Shown here: piece by piece, positions 1 through 12,485 of the stretch | Layout of the letters: each line of letters starts with the position of its first letter | How positions within the stretch are numbered: the first letter of the stretch is position 1 | Made by a program: the position numbers and the translations under genes | Assembly (NCBI GenBank): GCA_026770705.1 | Contig: JANJGN010000026.1 | Coordinates: forward strand, 33,108,001 to 33,172,000 | Source of the DNA: Isurus oxyrinchus | Taxonomy: Eukaryota | DNA length: 64,000 nucleotides | Direction: 5' to 3' | The notes under the pieces: model-generated | What the model saw: only the letters and a program-made list of their open reading frames with translations | Told to the model about the DNA's origin: nothing | Database searches by the model: none

Positions 1-489
1 CATCCTTAATGTGTTCTAATTAACTATTAAATTATTTCACACAATTACATAATTTGTTTTTCTTTTTATATATTTGATCAACCTTACCACCAGTTGCTAG
101 ACTATTTTGAAATTTAGGAAATTTAGAAACCTTAGTCACTTGCCAGATACTCACCAAAAAACTAGCTTCTTCTCCTGTGGTAGAGTACAACCACCTTCTG
201 AAGGCAGAGATTGGTCGAAAGCAGAAAGTAAAAGAGCAAAGCTTTCCCTTCTTCCCCTAACTCCCTCAATTACCCAACTCCCAGCACCCTATTCTACATT
301 GCAATTCTTGCAGTACAGCACCTACAACAGTTGAATTCCCACTTAAACCAAATACTCGCATAAACTCACTCAGCCTCTGTCTCACTCAGGCCGAAATCTC
401 CACTCATTGATTTCTGAAGTTACTATGGCGGCATTTTGTTAAGAACAAGCAAGTGTAAGTAACTGGGTTGTTCTTTCAGAGGCGCAGAG

Positions 490-615
490 GCCCATTCAAG
501 TGGGAGGAATGTAGTGGTAGTATGGGATAGTATAGTCAGAGGAGTTGACACCGTTTTTTGCAGAAACGTACATGAATCCAGGTGGCTCTGTTGCCTGCCC
601 AGTGCTAGGGTACAT
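490..615 (+). mobile_element. CR1 LINE ORF1 (SGNH esterase) fragment
   Basis: Encodes DSIVRGVD...LCCLP-like motif typical of CR1 ORF1; sits between two ~60-bp direct repeats (about 432-495 and 620-675). Confidence 0.55.
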
Positions 616-934
616 GAGACATTTTGTTAAGAACAAGTAACTGTAAGTAGCTGAGTTGTTTTCTCAGAGGCCCAGAATACATGCTGCGTCCATTAGGTCT
701 GCACCTTTGCTTTATGGTTATAAACAGCGCTATTCGCAACTACAGGCCACACGACCAGTTTTTCTCGGTGGATAAAGAGCTTTTTGAGAAATGGTGCAGC
801 AAATGTATGCAGCGGTCGATTCTTTATTGCTTCCTTATCACTGAAAACCACCCATTTCCTCATCGTTGCTTGGGATGAAGGTCTTATCTTATTTAGAAGT
901 CTTGAATAGTTTGGGTCAATGTCCAGTTGATTTT

Positions 935-1365
935 AGAAGATTGATAAGTAATTTAGACATGCATGATCCTGAGGTGGAGGGGGATGGGGCGGCAGTTGCG
1001 TCTTGACAGGGTAGATACAGGGGGTGATATTTCCACTTGTGGGAGTGACCAGAATTAGGTAACAGAGTTTAAGAATAACAGTGCTACATTTAAGACGGAA
1101 ATGAAGAGATTTGTTTTTCTCTCAGTTGTTCCTTCGTTTGTAGAATTCTTTTCCCCAGGAAGCAGTGGAGGCTGGTCAATAAATTTATTCAAGGGTGAAT
1201 TATGTTGCGCTAATACTAGCTAGATTTTTTTGTAGACAAGGGACTCAAGGGGCAGACGGAAAAGTGAAGTTGAGACCACAAGCAGATCAGCCATGAACGT
1301 ATCGAATGGTGCATCAGGTTCTAAGGGCTGAATGGCCTACTTCTGCTCCATGGTCTCATGGTCGT
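935..1365 (+). mobile_element. CR1 LINE 3' fragment
   Basis: Decayed RT C-terminus and 3' UTR ending ...gggctgaatggcctacttctgctcc, as in other CR1 copies in the window. Confidence 0.75.
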
Positions 1366-3021
1366 ATTTTTATATGTTTCACGAGAGAATGTGGATGGTT
1401 ATGAGAGGTTTGAAACATAGAATGACAAGGTCGTGATCTGGTCTATTATAAACAGCGACATGGGATGGCCGTGTGTGACAGGAACTAAACAATTGTCTGG
1501 TGAAACATGAACCGCGCCAAAATATGTTCTGACATGATCGCCGAACATGATCAAATCTCATGAAATTTGATGCGATTTAATGTAATATGGATAAGATCCA
1601 ATAAATTAATAACAGAGACAGGGTCTAATCTAACATAAACGTGGGCATTTTCCCCTTCAGAGAGAACTGAGACAGGGACTTGTATTACGTAACAGGTCCA
1701 AACTCAAATACAATAATAATTGAAAACGGATTTTGTGTGACGTCAACAAAATCATTGCCTTGTTCAGTATGAAAAATGTAAAGATCTAGTGTGGCATTGC
1801 TAGGAACATGCATTTGCATATATTCAGAATGATGTGTTATGTGCTTTGCATGCACATGTGCTCCACAAACGAAATACGCAAACATGCATAGTACAGCATA
1901 GTACATGGTTTACATACATACACACACGCACACGTAATTGGTAGGGCATAACACCACCCTGAATTAGTAAACTTTCACATTACACTTTTTGCCCTTAAAT
2001 GTGCAACGTACGGTGCTGACAATTAGTACCACCCTTCAATCCTGCTTCCCCCTCGGAGTTACATGGTTCATCCGAACTTTTCAACGAAATATTACGTCCT
2101 CAGGGTCTCAGGAAGCTTTAAGTCTGAACTTGTTTTCAAGCATAGTCGATATTGTAATGCAGGAAATATTAGTTCCACAGAGGGAAACGGCAATGTGAAA
2201 TTATTTGCCAGAAAGATTTGTCAATCTGAGTTTAATGGGAATAAAGGAATGGCGGGATTCAGGCACTTCTGCAAAATTTCAATTTGTGGCCAATAATAAC
2301 AATGTCATTAAGTTACAAAATTATCAGCATATCCCAGTATCTCTTTATGAAACATTGACGAACCAATTTGGATGAAAGAAAAATGCCCCTCCTTTTCTTC
2401 GGGCAATCAGGTAGCATTGGACCATGAAATACAATGATTCCCAGAGATCACTGTTTAATATTCCTTTGCCACATCACCTACATATTATGTACAAGCACTT
2501 GCGCTCAATGTACCATTGCATGGAGTGAAGTGTCATGGAACATAGATATTTCCTGTAATCCCCATCTGTGAGCCGTGACACCGGTAAACTTATTCTGCAA
2601 GCTTTCGCCAAAGCTGAAGTGCTGGAGCGCCATCCAGTGGAACTTTGTATAAACGCAAAGCCTCTTAATTTCTACCCGAATATTGCTGCATGATTTTGCT
2701 GAATTATTATTACGTCAGATTATTATGTGTTGCTACTTTGATTTTATTTTTACTTTAACTGCTCTCTTTAGTGTTTTCCATTTGTTACAGTTGCTTTTTT
2801 GCATCAACTGTGAGATTATTTCCGTTCTCGAGTGTGCTCAATACATTACTGCATGTTCATCGGCTTCACGTTAATAATTCCACCATTGATGAGGTTGGAT
2901 GGAAATTTCGTAAAAATGGAATCTTCCCACTCCCCTAATAATTAAAGGCGGCACAGATCCAAATTGGATAGGTCCATGAATCAAGGGTGATGATTATTTC
3001 GCCATTTATTTGTTTGTGTGT

Positions 3022-3162
3022 NNNNNNNNNNNNNNNNNNNNNNNNNNNNNNNNNNNNNNNNNNNNNNNNNNNNNNNNNNNNNNNNNNNNNNNNNNNNNNN
3101 NNNNNNNNNNNNNNNNNNNNNNNNNNNNNNNNNNNNNNNNNNNNNNNNNNNNNNNNNNNNNN
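3022..3162. other. Assembly gap (N run)
   Basis: 141 N. Confidence 1.
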
Positions 3163-3663
3163 ACCAGCCAAGCGTGTCAATCAGGGGCATCACAGGTTAC
3201 TAAGCGAGAAATGCTTCCTCTACACTACCCAGTCAAGCACTGTCAGGACAGGTACGGCACATTTATGACACAACATAAATCTCCTCTACACTTCCACTCC
3301 TAACCAGAGTCAGTGCAGCACGGGTTGCATACGGAATGAAAGCTCCAAACAATTCCAGGCATATAGAACAGGGATGATCTGCAGGGTGAATCTCCATCCA
3401 CATTGTATCATTAAAGGCTCCTCGTATAGCTACTGCAGAATGAATGCAGAGAAATTCTGGTTCGATGAGCGCCGACTTTACTAGAAATTGTGAAAGGAAT
3501 GAACTTGTAACTTCTAAGTAAACATAATTAATATTTTTTTTCTATCAGATTACAGAGATGGTGTAATTTACACATCTAAATTAGATTTCTAAAGATTTAA
3601 ACGTGTGTGTCTCTCATTTATGAGCCCTGTGACTTGTTGCCTCCTCAATCCCCATGCCTAGTA

Positions 3664-3945
3664 AGTTCTCACATAGACTCCTGATCTCTTAGTTTCACGG
3701 TGTCGCACTGCATTGTAACAGACCGCAGGCCTAACGGCTGAAGTATGTTAACAGTGAGAGTGGTGGTGCCTTTCTCGTGGTCCACAGAAACTTTGAAGCT
3801 TCCCTCAACTCTTCTATCTATACATGTGAAGACAGGATACTCGAGAACTTGATTGGATTCTTGAGTGCCAGAATACGAGTTCTAGTCCAGAAGTTCTCCG
3901 ATATATCGATATCTGAAATGTCTCCGAGTGAAAAGGAGCAGCTGC
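3664..3945 (-). pseudogene. TCR alpha/delta-type V pseudogene with degenerate 23-RSS
   Basis: Reverse strand gives SCSFS...VEGSFKVSVDHEKGTTTLTVNILQP then, after a frameshift, AVCYNAVR (cf. AVYYCAVR); heptamer CACCGTG (3696-3702), 23-nt spacer, poor nonamer GTGAGAACT (3664-3672). Confidence 0.7.
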
Positions 3946-4341
3946 CACAATAATAATAAAATTATCTTAATGATATATGAGAGCAGAATTAAATAAGGTG
4001 CTTCCAAATATCAGCTATATAAACTGATCTATCTATCGATTCATCTATCAGTCTATCCGCCCGCCTTTCTGTCTGTATGACTTCTTGTTTATCTGTTTAT
4101 TCTCTCCTCTCTATCTAGATATCTGAGAGCCAGAGTTAGTTTTCCATCCATCTCTGTTTTCTACAGAATTTTATTGAATATGTTTCTCTACCCTGTATCT
4201 GTAATGGCAGCTATAGGATGTTGTAACTTTCTCCAGATGGAAGTTTAAACATGGGAAAGTAACATTTCTGAATATCACCAGCATTTCCAACGGTCCTGTG
4301 TTAGGGAAAGGCTAACGGTGCAACGGACACAGCAGTGAACA

Positions 4342-4644
4342 AGACATTGTACGGCCAAATCCGCCGTTGTCTCAATGAGTCCCTATCGCACAGTGCTAAA
4401 CTCTGACGCCCTGGGCCGCGGTCCCATCTGTAGACTATTGGAATTATTCACTCTGTCAAAGGGCAGTGTGCAGCGTCTTTAGTCACATTCCCCTGGTAAA
4501 TGGAGGCGGTAAATGTCGGAGTCCCTGTCAGTGTTTATACCAGGCTACGGAATTGCCAAAATCAACCGAGCCCCGACAGTCCACTTCAACCTGTTCCCCT
4601 TCGCAAGACACGACCTGCTCAGGGTGGGAGCTCTGACCCTCGCA
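4342..4644 (-). pseudogene. V-segment pseudogene with FR1 cysteine and degenerate RSS
   Basis: After acceptor TTTCAG: EQVVSCEGEQVEVDCRGSVDFGNSVAWYKH*QG...HCAIG; RSS-like CTCATTG-22nt-ACAATGTCT; leader-like relic LICFLSILIFMNT near 4790-4845. Confidence 0.7.
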
Positions 4645-5858
4645 CTGAAAGGATGTGAACAAAAGAAAAATCACTCACAAAACATATGGTATTATAACAT
4701 TAGAAAAAAAGCGTCTGATTAGATAAATAAATTGACATAATATCAATAGCAACAGGGCTCCAATTGGAACAGGTCTTTGCGGGGGTTTGTGTTCATGAAG
4801 ATGAGGATGGACAAAAAGCAAATCAATCAGGGTCCGATTTTCAGGTTGAGACTTGCTGCCGACCCCAGGACTTTCAACGGTGGGAAGGAAGAGGGGAGAG
4901 GTTTATATTCTCCTCGTGCAGTTGGAGACGGATGGGCGACATTCTCACCGGTTGGTCTGTTATAGGATGTCGTTACCTGACGTAATTCATGGTGCCACTG
5001 AGCGATTAGTGGCTTCTCAAACCAAATCACTTGAACTGTCACTGCTCATGAATTTCTTTGCTTCTGGTGTATCAACGGGTTAAATTGGTTCATCAGGTTT
5101 GTTCTCTGTTGACTTTATAACTATGAAGAACCATTCGCCATCTTAGTATCGGAGCGTTTTACAGCACAAAGAGAGGCAATTAGGCCTACTATGTGCTAAT
5201 TCTCTTAAAGAGTTATCCATTTATTCTTCATTACCTGTCTGGGGTCTGCATATTTGTCTTTTTAAATTTCCTTTGACTATTCAAATATTTATCCACTTGT
5301 CTTTCAAAATTACTGATAGATGCTGTTTCCATCAAGGTTTTTCATGGGCCATCATATTTTCTAACAGTGCCCTGCTCAAAATACATAAATATTCTACCCT
5401 TTCCCTCTCCTTTACAATAACGATAAATGACGCCATCCAGTTACTCACTGAGCATCTAGTCGGATTCACTTCGTTTCTTATTAACCTTTTAAAACCTTCC
5501 TTGCTTGGGCACAGTCTGTCAGACTGCTTCTTAATATTCCCTCCCCTGGTGAAAAGTTGCTCATGTATTTGGATTAACGTCTCTCACACTGCTACCCCCC
5601 CACCCGCACAATCACACCCCCCCCCCACCGACGCCCCCCAACATCCCCCTCACCACCACCGCCCCCCCACCGACCTCACCCCCCCTCCCCCCCCCCTCCC
5701 CGCGCTACCGCTGCTTCACCTTTCTCAGACTGGTCCCAACTCTGACTAAGATGTTAACAGAAAACGAAAGACGAGCCCTAAAACTGGTCCCACGTGTAAC
5801 AAAGGCAAAAATTGCTGGAAAATCTCTGGTCAGATAGCATCTGTGGAGAGGAAGATAA

Positions 5859-6550
5859 GTGTTTGAACTGTGTTCTCAACAATGACGTGCAGTTTTGCGC
5901 TTGTCTCTAAGTGCTATACAATCCACATGTCTGTTTATAATTTTGGATTATTTAGTTATTTTAGGCAATCAGCAGCTTTTTCCCCACTTTCAACACGAGT
6001 CCTGAATTCTTTCTCACCTTATCTCGTTTAAATTAATATTTACTTCTTTCTTCCTTCCCCCTACTTAACATTTCTTTTTCTATGAAACAAACAGACACGG
6101 AAATATTTAGTGGCACTTCGGACCATTTGCTCTTTTATTTTATTCATTGGATGTGGAGGTCGCTGGTTAGGCCAGCAGTTATTGCCCATCCCTAATTGCC
6201 CCTTGTTCAGAGGGCATTTAAGAGTCAACCACATTGCTGTGGGCCTTGAGTCACATGAAGGATCGCGTGCCCTAAATGAACCAGAGGGGTTTTTAATTCC
6301 TGACTAAAACCTGACTTTTATTGAATTCAAATTGCACCAACAGCCACTGCGGGATAAGAACCCGGGTCCCAAAGCATTATCCTGGGTTTCTGGATTACTA
6401 GTCCAGCAACTATAACGCTACCTCTCCCCATCATGGCCCATTTGAGCAGGGAATTCCGTAGAGAAGGGAACAACGCCTATGGAATGGTTAGCATTAGCTA
6501 ATAAGGACACAAGTCAGAGGAAGTCCTGAATGAAACGTAGAAAGCTGTAA
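5859..6550 (+). repeat. Local direct duplication, copy 1 (copy 2 about 8785-9790)
   Basis: gtgtttgaactgtgttctcaacaatgac... and aagtcagaggaagtcctgaatgaaacgtagaaag recur at 8785 and about 9750. Confidence 0.8.
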
Positions 6551-6559
6551 ACTCTTTTC

Positions 6560-8775
6560 AGACAGGCAAATAAACGAAATTAACAAAAATTGGGGACAGT
6601 TTTTTTAAAAAGCAGCCCCTTAAAGTGAAGCTGCAAAAAGAAAGACAAAACTTAAAGGAAATTTGCAAACATTAAGGCTAAATGTGATTAAGAGGTTCAA
6701 TTAAACACCCCAGTCACTACAGTGCCCACCGAGTATGGAAAGCATCAGCAGTGCCGGCAGGCACCGCGTGCTCCCTCTCCAGGGACGCCCGGCACAAATA
6801 CAGTGAAGGAAAACAGGCAAACAGTCGGGTTGGACGACCCCCTCGATCGGCCTCTGCCTGGACTGTGAATGGCCAACTTGGCTAGGCGCAGGAGCAGGTT
6901 CATGAGGAGATCCTCCTCCCTCCCGTCCCCTCTCCAGCTGGAAGCCTATAGATCAGGATCGTGGGACTGATGTACAAATAAAGCAGAAGCAAAAGGTTTT
7001 CAAGTAACTAAAAATGGGGTGCATTGTACAACAGCTCAAATAGGCATCCACAGACTCCAAAAGGCCGCAAAAAGCAGAGACATCCTGGGAGTCTGTGAAC
7101 TGACACATCCTACAGTTGTGTGGGACTACTGCATATAACACCATCCACCCCAGGTCTCGATGGAAAATGGAAGGATATCCCTGTAGAGGGCCTCCCACTG
7201 GGGGCCTTCGCCACTGGCCGGTAACAGGCAGCGGGCGAAGGCAAGGAACTAAATGGTGTGCAGCAAAAGCCGATGCAGGAAGCCCCACCATGCTGTGCTA
7301 AAGGTCACGGGGGTCATTTTTGCAAGGAGAGTCAACTTGTGGGGCATGGGCTCCAGAAGGAGAGTTCGAGGCTTGGGGCCAATGTGGAATTTGGTCCGAA
7401 CAGGGGTACGCTGAGACGGAGGAGAACAGCGCACCTGCGCCACCTGAAGACCCAGGAAAACGTCATGGCAGAGCATGGCCGTGCAAAGTTTTTGGGTGGC
7501 ATTGGCCACGAGCCGGACGTCCACCAATGCACGCTGTATCAAATACTTGGGAATCATCTAGCCCACTCATCCACCACCCAACACGTCCCCAATCCTGGTC
7601 ACCCTAGCATCCACAGCCCTCCTCTCCATCAGCCACTGAAAAGGGCGGAAGTGCGGCTTCCTGAGCAGCGGACCTCGGACGATGGCCGCTACTCCTGACA
7701 GCGGAGAGCTGCATCGCAAGGCAACCATGTGCCAGGCATTGATCAGATCCTGGTAAAAGGTGGGCGATGCCTGCAAGGAGCCATGAAGGCCCCTCCGGTC
7801 TACAAACAGGAGCTGCACGTCATAACTCAGGTCGTGCACCTACTGGAGGAAATACATCGCCAGGGCACACTGTTTGGGAGGGGACTTGACGTAAAGGTGT
7901 CACTGCAGGAAGCCTGACCGCCCTTCCTAAGTGGGAGACTCAGAAACTCAGCAGCTACCTAGTGCAGCAATTTGTTCCAGAAGAAGTCGACGAGAATTCT
8001 CTGCAGTTTTGTGACAAAATCCGGGAGAGGGGTCAAAGTGACCAGCCAGCACGACAACATGGCAAGCAGCTGGTTTATGACCAAAACTCGACCCCAGTAA
8101 GACAGCACTCGGAGCAGTCCTGTCCAGCGCCCCAGGCGAGTAGTGACTTTGGCCTCCAGCCCCTGCCAGTTCGCCAGCCACAATTCCTTAGCAGGGCAGA
8201 GGTGGACCCCAGGTCGAGGAGGCTGGCCCTGCTCCAGGTGAAAGGCCTGAACTCCTCGGGTAGGACATCTATCTGCCACTGACCGACCAGGAGACCGGAA
8301 CTGTTTCCCCAGTTGATCCTGGCAGAGGATACGGCAGAAAAGACTTCCTGGCACTCGCCCATCCTCCACAGGTCAGCCATGCTGGTAAAAATGAGGACAC
8401 GTCAATGGTGTAAGCCTAGAGGACCGCCCCGAAGCCTGGTTCATGCAGGACTAATCCCGACAACCTCCTCCACAAGAGGCGCAAGAAAGGCTCCTGCGGA
8501 CAGAATACAATTGGCCAGACAAGGGGCAGCCCTGACGCACTGCTCTCCCAAAGCGAAGTGGTGCCTTCAGGGACCCGTTAATCTTAACTAAGCACTCTGC
8601 GGCAGCGCACAGAAGTCGGATCCGAGCGAAGAAATGCATCCCGAACACGAATGCTCGCATAGTCCCGAATAAATAATCGTGATGCACACTGTCTAACATC
8701 TCCTGGTCAAGAGACAGAAAGGCACTCGACAGACCAGTCCTCGGGGGAAAGCGGATGATGTCCCAGACCAGAAAG
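6560..8775 (-). mobile_element. Tx1/L1-clade LINE, 5'-truncated, frameshifted RT
   Basis: ORFs 8451-8699 (GRAVRQGCPLSGQLYS) and 7959-8369 (LSYWGRVLVINQL...DFFW) are Tx1-type RT motifs. Confidence 0.85.
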
Positions 8776-10363
8776 CTGGTCCACGTGTTTGAGCTGTGTT
8801 CTCAACAATGACATGTGCAGCTTTATCCTTGTCTCTAAGTGCTGTACAATCCACATGACTGTTTAGATTTTTTAAGTTTATTTAAGGCAATCAGCAGCTT
8901 GTTCCTCACCTTCAGCCTCTGAATCCTGAATTTGCTCTCCCCCTTTCTCGTTTAAGTTAATACTTGCTTCTTTGTTACTTCTACATTTCGTCTACGGTGC
9001 ATTTTGTTTTGCATGAGGCAAACAGGCACGGAAAAGTTTGGTGGCACTTTAGACCATTAACTCGTATTTTTATTCATTCATAGGATGTGGGCGTCGCTGA
9101 CTAGGCTAGTATTTATTGCTTATCCTTAATTGCCCCTTTTCAAACGGCATTTAAGGTTCGATCACGTTGCTGTGTGTCTGCAGTCACATGTAGGCCAGAC
9201 CGGTAAAGGACGGCAGATTTCCTTCCCTAAGAGACATTTTTTCTTCTGACGCTTACTAATTGTCCTTTTTGTCCTCTGCCTATATACCCAACGGGGCAGA
9301 CACGCCACATACTGATGCATTCGGGTATATTTGATTTTTTGAATCTGTCAAACTGAGTTTCACTTCCTGAAATGTTCTATTTTTCAATTTATTTCACTTG
9401 TGGAGTGGCTATTTGCTTCGTGGAGCAATGAGCTGAACATGGTGATAAATATTGTAGATATTGCATTTTGTTTATTTGAATTGCAGTGATCGTAAATGAT
9501 AAAAAAGTGATGTTTAATTGACAACCAAAAATATACATTCTCGGAATTTGGGTGTCAATGGTAATTCTGGTCCTTATTGTCCATCTGTAAGTGAATCTTG
9601 CAACATCTGTTCCTCCCGTGTTGACACTTTAACAATATTGCCCATCATGTTTGGTGGGTCCAACTGAAATCATGTTCTATGTGGGCAGAGAATTCAGTCG
9701 AGAACTGAACAACACCAGTGGGATCCTTCTCATCGATCCAACAAGGGCAAAAGTCAGAGGAAGCCCTGAAGGAAACGTAGAAAGTTGCAGTCAGACCATA
9801 CTCCATGAGCACCGTCTTTAGTTCTCGCCACCAAGTAAGACTGAGGTCATTGAAGCTTGGCGGGAATGCAGGGGTGATTCCTGATTCTTCAGATGGAACT
9901 GCTTGAGTTGAGAGGAAAAACGAAAACAATGTTTTCGGACTGTTACCAACTGATTGTTGGTCGCACAGAAAGTGAACGCCAGTTGAACAGGTCTTCACTC
10001 TAACTTACAGAGTCCAAATCCAGGGAATTTCCTGCGTAATAACTAGGGGGATTGTAGGGGCGTTAGGATGCCTGGAAGGACAAATTAAGATGGGACAAAC
10101 TGCTTCGTCATCCGTCAGTACCTTATGACTCTGAAATTGGTGTTCGGCATCGAAAACAGGAAAATGACGAATGAGTCTCTGGTGATGATGTGAGCTAAAC
10201 TGCGCTTCCACGGTTTCTGCAACTGGACTAATGTAAAACGAAACGACAACTATTGTGGTGTGATCTACTGTGGCTATCTGTCTGTGTACCCTTGCGTGCA
10301 AATATGTGTTTATCTGTCTGCACCTGTTCCGATTTCCAATGTTGTAGGTGAGGCTTGTGCTCT

Positions 10364-10563
10364 CCAGCAGAGGGCGCCCTCTGATCTCTGGAACTCGGAC
10401 TTGCGATCACAAAGTGAAGCTGCGAGGGAGCATGGACATTGATTGGGCATGGGGGAGGGGAATGCGCATGCTTCAGAGCATTTGCCTTGTGACGTCAGCC
10501 TGTGAACATGTGAACGTCAGCTTTTTGTCTCTATGACGTCACTCGGAGGTCAGTGTGACGTCA
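10364..10563. promoter_or_regulatory. Regulatory cluster: CTCF-like site, NRF1-like site, phased CRE palindromes
   Basis: CCAGCAGAGGGCGCC 10364-10378; TGCGCATGC 10463-10471; TGACGTCA at 10490, 10534, 10556 and variant GAACGTCA at 10512. Confidence 0.55.
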
Positions 10564-10842
10564 GCTGGTCTTGTTTGAAAGTTAGTTGTGCTTCCTCCGA
10601 GATGACAGGACTAAAGTAATTTTTAAAGCTTTAAAGCTTCTTTAAATATTCAGAAAGAAAGAAAGGATTAGTGAGGACAAATGTAGGTCTTTACAGTCCG
10701 AACCGGGAGAATTTAGAAGAGAAAACAAGGACATGGCAGAGCAATTAAAGTTTTTCTACGGGGCGGAAATTGAGCTGTGTAACTCTTTCGAGTACAAACA
10801 CGTTTCCATCTGCTTCAGATGAAGTTACATTGTTTCATAGTT

Positions 10843-10912
10843 TGCCATTGTGAGATTTGAACTCGGGCTAACAAGCCCAGTACCATAACCACTTGGCTAT
10901 TTAGGCCAAGCC
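10843..10912 (-). mobile_element. tRNA-derived SINE head
   Basis: A-box-like TAGCCAAGTGG and B-box-like GAGTTCAAATC; no complete cloverleaf. Confidence 0.6.
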
Positions 10913-11632
10913 AATTGAACTGTTTATCTGAGGGTCTCAGAGCACAGTCATAAACGGCGACCTCTGGCAGCTCCACTCAGAAACTCCCAGCGGAACCGTG
11001 ACCTCTGTTCTCAGCTTTTTTATAAGTCCCTTCTTCGTGAAATTGGCTCATAAGGCGACATATTGGACAATAAGCAACAGGTTGACTGGAGCCCGACCAG
11101 GAAACTGCCAGCACAAGAAAAGGTAATGGGCAATATCTGCTGTATTAAAATGACAATCCAGCATCACCTTCCTTCTCCTTCTCCTTCCCCCGTTGTCCTG
11201 TCCAAATACTGTTTACACACAGAACACCCGCTGGAACTGTTGGCTGGAAGAAAACTTGAACATTTAGAAACATTCGTCCCTTAACCAAACCTGATCATTA
11301 TTTTTTCATTCGGATTCCACATGTGCATTAACATCACAGTGAGCGCTAAAACCAGACAGAAATAAACAGAGAAACACATCCCTGTTCACAAGTCCCAACG
11401 TGAGGACCGACCACTTCTCTACTGTGGAAAAAACCTTAACCAGCACAGCAGCAAAATGAACTATTTCACCCTAAGACACACATAGGAATGGAGCTGTGTC
11501 AGCCCCATGCCATATCCTCTTCGGACAATATCACACCATCAGTGATTAGAGGGAACTGGCCTGGCCGCTGTGAGTCCACTCGGCCAGCATTCCCGCCGCT
11601 GGCACAGATGCACATTTATTCCTGGCTTATTT

Positions 11633-11646
11633 CCAGTAGGTGGCAG
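11633..11646 (+). promoter_or_regulatory. CTCF-like motif
   Basis: CCAGTAGGTGGCAG matches the core CTCF consensus; motif match only. Confidence 0.4.
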
Positions 11647-12222
11647 TTGCATCAATGAAGTTGAAAAGCTCTCCAAATGTCACTGTTAAAGACGCGGAAA
11701 ATTATATGAGTATTAAAATTGTTAACAGGGGGCGTGACAGTGAGTTTTAGTGGATTTAGGATTAAAGTCAATTTGCGCAGAGTCTGTTATTTTAGAATAT
11801 GAATTAAGTCTTAGTTCTTGAACTTCTGCTTCCCTACGGAAGGGTTACTTGTGGCGCTGCCATCTGAGCTGAAAAAAAAATTGTAGTGGGAGCTTCGAAA
11901 AAGTCGGCTCACTCGATTGATGTGTAATAGAACTTTAAATCTCGATCCCCACGTTGGATGGTAATGTTGCTTGTTTTAATTATGCTTTATTTTTGTTTAA
12001 AACATTGAAGAAAAGAATGGAATGCGCAGTCACAAAGTGAACACACAATCAAGTTCTTCCACGCTCTGCCTAAGAGAAATGAAAGCTTTAGTCCTCTAAT
12101 ATTCACTTTCTTCATAATCATATCTTCCTTTGAAGCTGAATGATGACAGGGATGGACACTGGGGGTTGTTTGAATCAGCGGCGTAAATCAGAGTTCGACT
12201 CACGCAGACGCACACAGGCACC

Positions 12223-12226
12223 ACCC

Positions 12227-12257
<31 letters not shown>

Positions 12258-12485
12258 GGTCACAGACAGACACATGCATACAGACACACAAACATACACA
12301 GAGACACACACAAAGGCACACGCACACAAACGCGCATACACACAAACGCTGACACATACAAATGCACACAGACACACGAACACACAGACGCACCCAAACA
12401 CAAACAGACACACAAACAGACGCACATACGCTCATACACACACACTGAGACACACACACAAATGCAGACACTCGCAAACACACAT
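12223..12485. repeat. Poly-C plus imperfect (CA)n microsatellite
   Basis: Direct inspection; explains the VC/HT-rich spurious ORFs. Confidence 0.95.

Noticed and set aside
5273-5749. 158-aa proline-rich ORF (similarly 20895-21401)
   Set aside because: Arises from C-rich low-complexity tracts and antisense LINE sequence
9645-10301. Two adjacent minus-strand ORFs (117 and 98 aa)
   Set aside because: No recognisable domain or splice structure; possibly an old retroelement remnant
11335-11375. Isolated CACAGTG heptamer
   Set aside because: No acceptable nonamer at 12 or 23 nt and no V, D or J coding sequence beside it
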